Part shown: one piece after another, positions 35,654 to 48,460 of the stretch
Layout of the letters: each line of letters starts with the position of its first letter
How positions within the stretch are numbered: position 1 is the stretch's first letter
Origin: Protoeuglena noctilucae
Taxonomy: Eukaryota
Assembly (NCBI GenBank): GCA_958009085.1
Contig: OY253675.1
Location: forward strand, 682,001-746,000
Length of the DNA: 64,000 nt
Direction: 5' to 3'
Made by a program: the position numbers and the translations under genes
The notes under the pieces: generated by a model
Database searches by the model: none
What the model was told of the DNA's origin: nothing
What the model saw: the letters and a program-made list of their open reading frames with translations, nothing else

Positions 35654-38600
35654 TCACAGGGCCATCACCAATGCCCACGCGTCTGGGTTGCTGACCAGGT
35701 TGAACCCCAGGTCAGTGAGCTCCTCGTCGTATCGCACCACGTCCAGCAGATACGTCGTCATCTCTCCCTTGCCCTGGGGAGGGGTGGGGAGGGGTGATGA
35801 GTGAGGGGTGCGGATGGGTGTGGGTGTGAGTGTGAGTGTGAGTGTGAGCGCGGGTGTGGCACGGAGGGAGCAGGTGGGAGTGGGTGGACATCACCCCTCT
35901 TGCCGTGTAAACAGTCACTCTCCAGCCCCCCGCCCTTCCTCGCCTTGACTTGGATGGTCATGCGTTAGCACTACCATCAATTGGCACAATCATCACTCTA
36001 CATCAACCCCCACTCGCCTTGACTGGGATGGTCTGTGGCTGGAAGAGCGCCTGCACGTTGGCGGGCAGGAACTCCCAGAACTCGGCCGTGGCGTTGACGT
36101 GGGTGGGGCGGGAGTTGGTCTCCATGCGGCTGGCCACGTTCACCGTGTCGCCCACCAGGCACCTGGGGGTGTGAGAGGTGGGAGATGGTGTGTGGGCTTG
36201 AGGAAGAGAGGGTGGGAGAGGAAGTGGGGGTGGATGCTCAGTGCCGTTGCATAATCAACTCATCTGTCAGTGCATAGTCATTAAACACACCCATGCATAG
36301 TTCATACACCCATGCCCCCCTGGCACTCACATGAGCCTCCTCCGTAACCCCAGCACGCCCGCCGCCACTGCGGGTGAGGACAGAGGTGGTTTGGATGAAT
36401 GAAACAACGATCGACTAAGTGAGACCCATTAATTGCTATAAAAACAAGGCGCGGATCGACTTGCTGCCCACCAAGCTCAACACAAACCATGCGTCACCAC
36501 CACACCCCCCCCACACCCCACACACCCACACCCATCTCTCCCCTCTCACCCGGCCCGCAGTGCAGCCCCACCCGCGCCTCGAGTGCCACCTCCCCCCCAC
36601 CCGTCTTGACCCTCGTGCGCCGCACCACGTTGCACAGCGTCACGCCCATCCTCAGCGCCTTCTCCCGGTGGTGCTCGTCTCTTGATATCAGGTTGCCGGC
36701 CGTGATGTAGGCGTCCCCCACCGTCTCGTACTTGTGCAGGTTTAAATACTGGGTTACTGCAGTTGTGGAAAAAAAACTTGATTATCATTTTATTGCTTTG
36801 AGATGGATCATTCACTGCAGCGAAGACAGTGGCTGTGCGTCGTTACCATGTTCGCTCCTGACAGTGTGGCGCAGTGACACAGACAGTGCATGTTGTTCAT
36901 AATATTATTTAGAACCGGTGCACCGTCTCACCCTTGTCGAGTATGCTGAACACGGTGTGTAGGGTGAGCAGTGCCGTGCGTGGGTCTGCCTGGGAGGAGA
37001 AGGTTGTCCAGCTGACCAGGTCACTGCGGGGGGAGATCAGGGAGTGGGCATGTGATACGATAGAGTGACTGAGATGGGTGAGAGCAGGAAGAGGCACTGG
37101 AATTGTTGCAGTCACTGCGAGAGTGCATCGCAACGCTCACACCGTCCTTGATAGTAGTATGCAACGCCACACTTCCCATCACTCTTATAATCATCACCTG
37201 AACATCATGGACACTTCTGGGTGCTCCTTGTAGAAGGTGAGGTCGACGGGGACACTGCCGGGAACGTCGCATGTGACGGGCCAGTCGGGCGTGCACTCCA
37301 AGGCATGGGCGCTCTTCTGCTTCTTGATGCTGCCAGGGGGTATAGAGATGAATGGTTGAGTTAAATGCTGTGACACGTGGGCGTTTACGTAGTAAGCATT
37401 GAGTGAGCGTGCGACAGCCTTAGTAACGTCCTACACCCCTCTGCTGCTCATGCACATGCACACGCACCCACCCCGCCCCACCCCTCTCACCTCCTCTGCA
37501 TATGCATCGACAGCCTCTTGAGCAGCCCCGTGGTCGGCGCCGTCTCCATTTCACGGTCCGTCCCCTGCCCGCCCCCCTCCCGAGCCACACCCCCCACCCC
37601 GCCCTCCCTGCCGCCCCCGCCCCCGCTGTCGCTCTCGTTGCTGCGCTGGCTGCCCGCCCCATTTACAGCTCTTGACCCGCTCGCCGTGGCGTTGGCGGTG
37701 GGGGAGGACAGGCAGCCGGACAGTGCCCCCGTGTGGGCCGTTGTTTGCACGCGAAGGGACAGGCGGGAGCTGCGCAGGGCGCCCTGGGCCTGCGGGGAAT
37801 AGGAAAGGGTGAGATACTCTACTGTCGACAATGATCGATGGTCATGTATCGCTATTGCTTGTACCCCACAATCACTTGTGCGTTACTAGCTGCCATGGAG
37901 ATGCTTGCCGATGCATCATTCGACACCCCCACTCGCCTGGTGTTCCATTAGCCCCGATCCACACCCCCACTCGCCTTGTGATCCGTCTCGGTGATTGAGA
38001 AGGGCGACCCACCCCCCAAATGGGGCGACAGGGGCTGCCCCGGCGGCCGCTCCTTCTCCACGCTCCGCCCCGCCGACGATCGCCTAGACCCGCGCGCGAT
38101 CTGCTGACGGGAGAAGTCCTCGACCAATGCCTGCGCCACTTCTTTCGTCACCATGTCGCCCAACAGCTCGTCCCTGGGTGGGGGGGGAAGGGGGTGAGTG
38201 GGGGTGAGTGGGGGTGAGTGGGGGTGAGTGCGGGTGGTGAGTGGGTTGAGTGGGGTGGTCAGTGGGGTGGTGAGTGGGGTGAGTGGGGGTGAGTGGTGAG
38301 TGGGGGTTTGAGTGGGGTGAGTGGGGTAGGTGGGGTTGACAGCGATACTGGCTATCCAGGCACTCCAACGATTGATCCTTAACCTCTGCTCCGACAGCAC
38401 CCTGGACAGCCAACAGATACTAAGAGAGACTTATGTATCCAATCACAATAAGTAACCCCTTACCTCTGCTCCGACAGCACCCTGGACAGCCGTATCCCGA
38501 CCGCCATGCACAGGAAGGTGTTCCCGACGAGCAAAACGCAGGAGACCACGTCCACCACGGGGATGGCCTCTCTGGCACCCGGCGAAACGCCAGATCCCGA

Positions 38601-41600
38601 GTCGGGCAGGGGACGGAAGGGCAGCACCATGCGCCATATGGCGAACATGAGGGAGGCGGGGGCGATCGTCCACATGAGCAAAGCCAGTAATCGCAGCATG
38701 AGCACCTCGTCGGACATGACGTCGTAGGCTCGCTGCGGGTGGGTGGGGGGTGGGGGTTGGGGGTGATGAGGGTGACGGAGGTCAGCGTGGGGGCGCTGAG
38801 AATCGTGAGAGGCGACAGTGGCAACACGCTGTCTGGTCCAATGTCAACACATCAATTACCATTGCAAGATGTTGCTCTTACTCTTTCTCTTAGCACACGT
38901 GCCACCCCTAGCCCCCTCTCCTCACCTGCCACAGGCATGGCCGCCCCTGCCCGCTCATGCGCGCTTGCAGGCACGATCGGCACTTGCACTTGCGGCTGCC
39001 CCAGGGGCCCCACGCCACGCGCATTTCGGAGGAAGACTCGGAGTCGACGTGGCGGGACATGCGGGAGATGAACTCCTGCGTGTGAGAAGGGGCGGGCGTG
39101 GGATGTGAGGTGATGGGATGCGATGCGTGTGCAAGTGCGATGGCGTCACACGGCACAGAGCATGAATGTGTGCATCATATGTGGCCATATGAAACGAAAT
39201 GAGATGTACCAACACACTCCGCTCACACCGTGACCCCCTCACCTCCCTCAGCGCCCCGCACATGACCCAGACACCCTCACCTCCCTCAGCGCCCCAAACA
39301 TGACCCAGAACCCCACCGCCAGCACTGCAAACAGCACCCCCGCCATCACGGCCTTCCCGCCCGATGCCTGGTCCCACCCCGCGCGCCCCTCTCCCCACAG
39401 CTGCCCCCCCACCGCCACCGCCGCCCCCATCGCCAGCCCAGCGATGGCCGGCCACTTGGCAATGGCTGACCCCGATGCTCCGAGCGTGAGTGCCCATACG
39501 ACAGAGGAGAACCCCGCAGAGGAGACCACGCGGACCCATGAGTCAGGGAAGGCCTGGCAGCGGGGGTCCAGGGTGGCCAGGAGCTGCGGGGGGGATGGGG
39601 GGGGGGTGAGGGTGAGGGCGAGGGTGGTGGTGGGGGTGGGAGTGGGGGTGAGGGTGGGGGTGGCAGTGAGGGTGTTGATGGTGCCGCTTATGACCGTCAA
39701 ACACCTGGTACGCGAGGTGGCACCCGTAGAGCACGATCATGAATGCCGGCGACCATGTCATGACCCATCTCCCCGTGCGCCTCCACGCCACCAGCGCCAG
39801 TTGTGTTGCCAGAACCGCCATGCCCACCAGCGTCGTCCACACCTGCCCCGCGGCATACCGGCGCATGTCCCTGCGGGGGTAGTTAGGCCGGGGCTCAAGT
39901 AGCGAACCGTGAAAGGCGCTGCATGGCTGACACTGCGTGACTGTCACTGAAATGGCTGTCATATTAACAAAAGAGCCACCCGACCCAACCGCACTCACGT
40001 GGCTTGCTCCGCCGAGTAATGCGACGGGAGGTCGGCTGCTTGCAGGGTGGCGGTCAGAGCCTTGGCGTAGTGAAACTCTGCGGGGAAGAGCGAGAATGTA
40101 ACTGACATGGATAATGGGGTTGGTAGAGATGGTGACAGTGGGAGTGGCAGAGGGGGTGGTGGTGACGATGGCATTGGCGGTGAGGGTGGCAGTGCCCGTG
40201 TTCCCCATGCACTCACGTATGGCTTGCCCCACGTCCACCCAGTACACCACTTGGAGACCCAGCAGGCACCCCACCAGCCAGGCGAATTTGGGTCGAGTGT
40301 CTGGGGAGGAAGCGCATAGGGTTTGTATGTCAAAATCAAGGTTTTAGAGTCACACATGACATTCAATTATTATCCTCATGCGTTTCCACAAACCTCATTA
40401 GCACGTCAACCCTCCATGCATCACCCACCACACTCACCCAGCACGAACCCCTTCTGCAGCCCTCCCAGCACGATGCGGATGCCCAGGATCAGGAAGTGAG
40501 ACAACACGGACGCCACGTTCAGCGGAGGGTCCTTGACGGGAGTGGACAGCTCGTAGGTGCTGCGGGGGATGGGCGAGGGGGGGCGATAGTAACGAGTGCG
40601 GTGGATGGGTGAGTGAGACGGCGTGTGCAGCGCTGGCACCCAACGACCCATGTCTGCATGGTCAGCGTTGCATGATCTATATCAATGGTCTATATCAGCA
40701 ATGACCCAGCAGCCACGCTCATGACTAGTAGTAATAGTAGTACTAATCCATCTATCGCTTACCCGCCGGGTGTGGCGATGAGGCCGTCCTGGAACGCCCG
40801 CCCACTGCACACGGCCGCATCCATCTTGCCGGACATCCGGCGAGACGCGGTGCGAGAGGGAGCCCTCGCTGCGGCGCTCGCTCCTGGGCCCAGCAGGCCC
40901 CCGTGCGCGCTCCACGTCGCCAGCCCGCCGTCGGTGAGGGCGGGCCGGGCCTGGTGGGCGAGCGCGGTGCGGAGCGCGGCGTTGATCGACGCCACGCGGG
41001 AGGGGGACGTGGCGACGGCGTCGTCCCGGCTCGGGAGGTTGAGGCCGGAGAGCGAGGCGCGGCGGGGCACCACCCGCGGGCCTTGGTCGACCAGGGACGT
41101 GCGCCGGGATCGCGCGGTGACGAGCGGGGGGTTGGCGGCGGGCGCATCGCGCGAATCGGCAGAATTGCGGCGGGAGCGGGGGGGCGCGCGCGCCGGGCCG
41201 GCGGGCTGGGACCGGGAGTTGGATGCGAGGTCCTGGGCGAGCGCCCGCGCGTGCGGCGTCAGGGACTCCGGCCACGGCGACGGGGCCGGAGCGACGCGTG
41301 GCGTCCCGTTCCACGCGCGGCTGTTGTTTATGGCCGTCGTGCGATCCTCCTCGGACGTCACGACAGCGCGTGAGAGCCGCGACGCGCCCGGCTGGTCGCG
41401 GCTCGGGTCGCTGTTGCCGTGCGTGACGCTCCGACGGCGCACGAGCACCGCGGGGGACGTCGTGCAGTGCGAAAGGAGCGCGTCCTCCGTGTCGGAGATG
41501 GGATGCACTGCGCCGAAAGAGCAAGGGCCTCGTGCGGTGAGGAGCCGGGGAGGTGCGCAGCCAAGACGGGCGCGCTGGCAGCAAACGGAAGCACAGAGGT

Positions 41601-41686
41601 GATCGCGACCGACCTTGCGACGGCGTGGGCCTGTGGACGGGGCGCCGGGCGTCCTCTGGCCCGCCCCTAATCAGCGAGCCTTCCAT
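35654..41686 (-). CDS. Multi-pass membrane class III nucleotide cyclase, guanylate-cyclase signature
   Basis: Catalytic pieces DLVSWT, HKYETVGDAY, ARVGLHCGP, VAAGVLGLRRRL, CLVGDTVNVASRMET and VKGKGEMTTY. Upstream are several hydrophobic helices (38500-40500) and an S-helix-like ELLGDMVTKEVA. The 5' exon is less certain. Confidence 0.85.
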
Positions 41687-42509
41687 CCTCTGCCTCTGGG
41701 GGCGCGACAGCAGGATGATATGTCGATTCCGGCGATGCAGGTGCCATCGCGTGCCTCGGAGGTCGCTCCGAAACGCTGCTTACGCCATGGGGATGCGTGC
41801 GCGCGCGCCTGCCTCGCCTCAGCCGCGGCCTGCGCCCAGGCGTCGCGCCGCTCGCGATTTCCGTGAGAGCTGAGCGAGCTGCGCCGGCTCTTGCGCGACA
41901 AGGACCCGTAGCCGCCGCAGAATGCGCGTGAAAAGTATCCCACTTTGGGCTGCGACGCCAGGGGCGATCGAGCGCCCAGCAGGAGGCAACGCTAGCTTGT
42001 TTTGTCGATCAATCAGATCAGATCACGTCCAGGCGCCCTCTTACGTGCGCGGGTTGGCCTCCTCCAGGCCGGCGGGGCCCAAACGCAGCGCAGAAGCCCG
42101 ACACACGGCCATTCCATGCGCCATGTGAGAGGTGACGGGGTTCGCAGCGAACCCCTTCGCGCCTGCACTCCTTTCCTGTCAGACACATGTGACAGCCCGC
42201 CCGCGCCCATCTGCCTGCCTCCCCGACCCTGCCGACCAGACCTGCGTTATGTCCATGACCAATCAGGACTGTGGGCAGCGGTGGGGGATGCATCGTCGCT
42301 GCTGCTGAGGGAAGGTCGGGCAAGTGCGCGGACCCCGCTCGGGGTTTGCGCGAGGGGCGCTCGCATACAACATGGCGGGGACGGTGGACGCGGACGAGGG
42401 GGCCTTGCGCCGGGTTGCCGAACGCCTGGGTCGCCCCGAGTGAGGCCTGCGCGTGCATTTGCCTCGCCGCCATCGCAGATCTCGAAATCTCATTCGTGAT
42501 GCCAGGAAA

Positions 42510-44233
42510 TGCGCTTGCTGATGCGATTACGCCGCGCATTGGGCCGCAATGGCGCGTACCGCGCTTGCAGGTCGAGGGGGACCCTCGCGCGCGTCCTGCG
42601 GGCCTGCGGAGGGGACGAATCTAAGGCGGTGGAATGTCTCGAGTCCTACCGAGCCTGGTGAGCCATCAAAACGACCCCGTGAGCCACTCGCCGCGTAACT
42701 CCGCATCGGGGCATTGCCCGCATGCGGCCGCGGCGGGAAGCGACGCTGCGCCTCGTGCGGCCATCGCCACGTGCGATTGATGGAGGGCGGGGATGAGGGG
42801 GCGGCGCGGGTGGCGCGGATGTCCCTCACGGACCAGAGCTGCACGGCCCCCGCAGGCGCGAGGCGGAGGTCGTGGGCAAGGAGCTGCTGAGCAGCAGCTT
42901 CCCGGAGGCGGAGGAAGCGCTGAAGTCGTTCCCTTGCGGGTACCACGGCGTGGACCGGGAGGGACGCCCCGTGTACTACCAGGTGAGCGTGTGTGCTGCA
43001 GATGCGGCGGTGTGCTCTCTGCACGGTAGGTCGTCTGAGGTGGTGGGAGGGCGTGGCCGAGGCGACACGCACACCCTCCGGCTCTGTGCGCATGCAGGAG
43101 ATGGAGGGCCTGGACGCGAGCCGCCTGCTGCAGCTGACGACCATGGAGCGGGTGTCGCAGATGTACGTCAAGGCCTTTGAGATCTTCCTGGGGCGCCTGG
43201 CCCCCGCATGTAGCTTGCTGGCGGGGCGCGACATCGGGCAGCAGTACACGTGCGTGATGAACATGCGGGGCGTAGGGATGCGGCACTTCAGCGCCGACTG
43301 CCGGGCGCTCGTGCGGCTGACCTCCAGCATCGCCGAGGAGCGCTACCCCGACACGCTCCACAAGGTGAGCAGACCGGTCTGCTTGCTGGGAGTCCCATCC
43401 AGCCCTGTCGTCCCGTGCATCGCTCTACATGGTTGCGACCCCCCCACTCCACTCCCCCACTGCCCGCAGCTGTTCATCGTCAACGCCGGCGCCGCCTTCT
43501 TCACGGCGTGGGCCGTCCTGCGCCCGATGCTGTCCGCCGGCACGCAGCAGCGCGTGGTCGTGCTGCGGGACGCCGGCGTCGACACCCTCGTGCGCCACAT
43601 CTCGCCCGAGAACATCCCCGTCGGCTTCGGGGGCCAGAGCCGGCGCGACATCCGGGAGTACTGGGGCCCCTGGCAGAGCGTCCTGGGCCCCATGCACGGG
43701 GTGCTGTCGAGGCCCCTGGGGCCGCCGCCCAAGGCCGTGGCGGACTGGGAGCAGTCGCAGATGGTGCCGGGGCGCGACAGGGTCGCCCCCTGGCGCAGCT
43801 GGGGGTCGTCCGCCAAGGAGGTGCGATGCTTGGGCAGCTGCACTGCACAGCACGATGTGGTCGTGTCATCAAGATGGTGGGTCCTGGCGTGGTTATCGGA
43901 CACAAGCTCTCGTATTCCCGGCCCTTCTCCTCGCAGGTGGCGGGGTCGGAGGCGTCGACGAACGGCGACCTGACGTGGCGCAGCAGCGTGGACAGCGAGG
44001 CTGGGCTGGCACCCGGGTCATCCGGCAGCGTCACGCGCGACGCCAGCAGCGGCAGTGGGCGGCCCTGGTGGAGGCGGCGTCCCCAGGCGGAGGCCCCGGG
44101 TCCGCCGGGAGCGCTCGCGAGGGAGCGGGGAGGGCGCGGGAGCAAGTGCCTGCCAGTGTGGCGCAGGGGCCGAAGAGAGAGGGAGGGGAGCGACGTGGGC
44201 GTGGATGTCGCTGCAACTGGTGCCCGTGTGTAG
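42510..44233 (+). CDS. SEC14 / CRAL-TRIO lipid-binding protein (5' end uncertain)
   Basis: LARVLRACGGDESKAVECLESYRAWR (CRAL-TRIO N), FPCGYHGVDREGRPVYY, RYPDTLHKLFIVNAG and ISPENIPVGFGG. Confidence 0.85.
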
Positions 44234-44766
44234 ATCCGTTCTAGTATTCAGCTAATTGATTGCCATTAGCTCCAGTTGTCGCGTAGCTCAGCTGACGCAG
44301 GTGTGTCGCAAGAGAGCAATGGCACGCGCGATTCACAGGGTCAGAGCTACCATGCCGGATGCCATTGGTAGGCGGTATTGAATCGGATTGGATTGCTGCG
44401 GGCTCTGTCGCGCAGCGCGCTGCTGCATGCAGTGTCTGACGCAGTGCACTTGATTGCATCACTGCGCCTCAGCACTCGATTTGCCGGAGAGAAATCGAGC
44501 GTTCAAGCCGCATTACTTTCGTTCGGGTCCATATCCGACGCCGGCGCCACACGCGGGGCCGCAGAGACCCCGGCCGGTCGCGCGTCGCGGCGTCCCACGC
44601 GACTAGCCCCGACACTCTCCCAGCGCACCATTCCCCTTTTATTCGCACCCTCATTTACCCCGACCTCTCCGGCAGCTGTCTGACCGCGGGAGCGAGGCCA
44701 GCAGCACCGCGTCCCATCCCCGCGTCCCACCCCCGCGTCCCCGCTGGCGCTCCCCATCGCGTGCGG

Positions 44767-47717
44767 ATGTCGGAGCTTGGATGCGTGCCACGCGGGTGGT
44801 CGCCCGAGGAGGACTCGCGGCTCGCCCGGTGCGCATTGCTGCTGTGGGTTGTCGACATCGCAGCCCACAGGGCGCAGCGCCCACTGCGAGCTCCTCGCGT
44901 TCCCCCTGCCCCGCAGTCTCGTGGCGGATCACGGCGAAGGGAATTGGAGCAAGGTCTCGGAGCTCATCGGTGGGCGGCGGAGTGGCGGGAAGCAGCTTAC
45001 ATCCTGGGCTGCAGCTCCCACCCCGGCTCGCGACTTTCCGGAGCCATCGTCCCCGCAGGCGGACGCACCGGCAAACAGTGCCGGGAGAGGTGGCTGAATC
45101 ACGTGCGCCCGGGCATCAACTTTGCGGGGTGGACGGACGAGGAGGAGGCGATGCTCGTTCGCGCCCACATGGAGCACGGGAATCGCTGGAAGGACATCGC
45201 AAAGGTAAATCTGCGATGTATGATGCAATCGCGCAGGCCATGCGGCCGGGAACGGCGACGAATCGCTCGCTCGGCGCGCCTGACACATGTCCGCCGGCTT
45301 ACTCAGGCGATTCCGGGCCGCACGGAGAACCAGGTCAAGAACCACGTGCACAAGACGCTGCGACGCATCCGCCGGGGCTCCCACGACGAGGGCGGCCTGC
45401 ACACGTTAGCGGAATACCTGTCGCGGTGAGCCAACAGGCTCCAGCTGCGATGCGCGAGGGGCGGCTCAACATGTGCTTGGCGGACCATTCATCGCATCTT
45501 ACCTTCCCGCAGGTCCGTGCCCGGTTTGAGCCAGCGCCCGGCCCGGCCGGGGGCAAGCGGCGGGTCGGGCAAGCAGCGGCGCCCTCGCGAGCCCCGGGAG
45601 CCCTCCCGGAGTCAGTCCCCCCGCCGCGGGCGCAGCCGGGCTCGCAAGGGCTGTTCGCGCCGGCGCACGTGCTCCCTCGACACCGACGCTGCGCCCAGGC
45701 AGGACGCGTATGGGGACCCGCAGGCGAGTAACTGCGGCAGACTTGCTTGCATGCGCGACGATAGCGCTTGCGAGTTGACATGAGCTGAGACGACCGCAAC
45801 AATGCAGAGCAGAGCAGCATGGACCGATGTCAACAGCTAGCAGCCTGGCTGTCGTTGCTGCAGCCCCAATGTTAACCCGAGACCTTGTCTGCTCCTTGCC
45901 AACAGGACAGCCACGCCCACGCGCAGGCGTGGCCCCATGCGCTGCACCAGCACCGCCCCAGGGGCGCTCTGGGGGCGCAGGACGCGAGACCTGACGTCAG
46001 CACGCCCAGCCTCGTGGACTCGAGCGTGTGGGGCTTATCGGGCGATGTCGATGATGGGTGTGTCGAGGACCTGTTGGGTCCCCTGGGCCTGTTTGGGGAC
46101 GGTCTCGGGTTCGAGTCCCGCGTGGGACAGGCCTGCGTTAAACAGCCGGCAGGCGCGGCGGGGCAGCTGCAGGCGGGGGCGCGATGGTCGGACAGCAGTG
46201 GCGTCGGGGCGGAGAGCTGGGCTTTGAGTGGCGCGCGCAGGCCCGGCCGCGAGGCAAGGGGTGGCCCCTGCTCCCCGCCAGGTGTGAGGCGCGGGTGGTG
46301 TTGACTGGCAGGGCCGCTGGCAGCGCGTTGTCACAAATTATAGCTAAAACGCAAATGGTCCCTGCTTTTGGTCCTACCCGCAGATCGGGACGCGACCGTC
46401 TGCGTGGCGCTGTCGACGCCCCCCATGTCACCCGGGGTCAGCTGGGATCGCAAGGCGGGGGGCGTGCGGCAGGGGCGGGGCGGGGCGCTGACGAGGCGTG
46501 GCAGCCAGGACGCGTCGCGCCACGAGTGCCGGGGTGAGTCGGACGGATGTATGCGGTAATGGGATACAGACAGGGGACTGACTGGTGGGGTGAGGGTGGA
46601 GGTGGAGAGCTGCACCTGGGATTTGGCGGGCTTTCATGCGCTTGCACTGTCGACCTTACTGCCTGTGACAGTGAGCCTTGATTAATTGTGGATGCATTGC
46701 ACCTACATCTCCCTGCAGATCGCGACACCACCCCAGAGCTCGACCACTGCTCCTCTCCCACACCCCCCACGCACCGTGACGCTTCCCGCCACACCCACGT
46801 CCACCCCTGCAACACTGCCCCGCCCTGCTATGGCGCCTGGGGTCGAGAGGGCTCCGCGATCCGTGACTCCACGCACACCATGGCCTGTTCTGGCACGGCC
46901 GCTTCGTCAGAGCGCCGCCAGAATCGACCGTCCGGGCATTCAATGGCCCTCGCGTCCGCCCCTGCGTTGCCGCCTTCTGGCTCCGCCGGGTCTTGCCATA
47001 AGAAACATGGAAAGATCAGGACCCATGCCGATGGCTGCAATTGTGGGCTCCGGGGGGCGTGCAGCGCTCCAGACGTAGCGGCTGGTGCGGCGGGGCATGC
47101 GGTGGGGTGGCAGGAGGGTGGGAGTGCGGTGGGGTGCGACGCGGCCGTGGGGTCGGAGACGGGTGGCGCGACGGGTGCGGTGTGGGAGTTGGCGGGTGCT
47201 GGGTCGTCGGAGTGGGACGCTTGCAGAGACGTGGCGATGCTTCACCCGACGTGGATGCCGGGGCCCACGTGCACGTGAGTGGGTGGATGGTGGGGGTGGG
47301 GTGGTATGAGAGTGGGTGGCTGTGCATATGAATGGGTGGATGGTTGCTGTGGATGGCTGTGCACGTGAGCGGGTGGATGATGGAGATGGGGATGGTTGCT
47401 GTGGGTGGCTGTGCATATGAGTGGGTGGATGGTGGGAGTGGGTGGCTGTGGGTGGCAATGGGTGGTGATAGCGCGAGCGATGGTGGGTGGGAGTACATTA
47501 CATGACAATTTCCCACTCAGTTGCCTCATTCGCCACTCTCTGTAATCTTATCCGCAGGATGCAGCGGCTGTGCCAGTGCGAGGGTGCCGGGTGCCACTCA
47601 GGCAGGGGTTGCGTAGGCGGCGGCAGCGATGTGGCGTGCGATGGGGCGTGGCTGCCTGCCATCAGCCCCTGCGATCTCGCGTCGCTGGAGGAGCTGGCGG
47701 ACATATTCGGACAGTGA
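44767..47717 (+). CDS. R2R3-MYB transcription factor (C-terminal exons less certain)
   Basis: GWSPEED-x-GNWSKV-x-RTGKQCRERWLNHVRP, then WTDEEE-x-HGNRWKDIAK-AIPGRTENQVKNH, followed by low-complexity exons. Confidence 0.85.
47269..47456 (+). repeat. Degenerate four-unit tandem array derived from a donor junction of the MYB gene
   Basis: Units start at 47269, 47322, 47359 and 47411 with GTGCA(CG/TA)TGA-(G/A)(T/C)-GGGTGGATG. Confidence 0.75.
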
Positions 47718-48460
47718 GGTGGCGGTGGCCGAGATGGGGGAGGTGGTGGGGGATATTTAACTGAGAGCTTACACAGCGACCTGCGATGGCGAAGTGGGTG
47801 GGGTCGTTGTGGGGTCGGGTTGGCGCTCATCTATCGGCGGAGTGAGAGGGTAGTTGTGGCAGGCAGAGCCTGGTGGGCGTGCTCGTAAGCTGAGCAATTA
47901 ATGGGGCTTGCGATGGCGAGCAGGGGCAATGTGGGAAGCCAGGGTGGTGGGCGGGAGCGGTGCGTGAGGGTGATGGGGCAAACCGTTGAAGTTACGATGC
48001 TCCTCTTGGTTACATTTATATTCCTGAGTGTTGATAGGAGTGACCAGCAGTGACTGGGAGCGATGAGGAGCCCTGTGCATGGAACATACAACAGGGGCGA
48101 CTGTTTGTGTTGTGCTGAAATTCGAAACCCGGACTTGACTTTCAAAAGGACACTCTCAATGAATCTCTGCTCGCGAAATAGCACCGCACCGGCAGGCCAA
48201 TAAATGAGCGCGAAGTGCTTTGGGGTCAGCGCTTGGTACACTTGCGCTCGTGCGTGTGTGTGGAAAGCATAGCAGTACGAAGACACAGCAATCGATAGCA
48301 GCGAAGCGGCTGCGGCACACAGAATGGTAATGGAAATTCCGAATGCTTAAACGGATGAATGGTCGTGGCCTTTGCTAGGTGGGTTGATATGGCCCCAATC
48401 GCCGACCCACACCGCCGCCAACCACCCACGCCCCACCTCTCCCTCCTCTCTCCCTCTCTC

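Noticed and set aside
44280..44350. tRNA A-box-like TAGCTCAG
   Set aside because: No downstream TTCRA T-loop and no cloverleaf.
46104..46122. tRNA T-arm-like GGGTTCGAGTCCC
   Set aside because: It lies inside a MYB coding exon, with no D-arm or acceptor stem.
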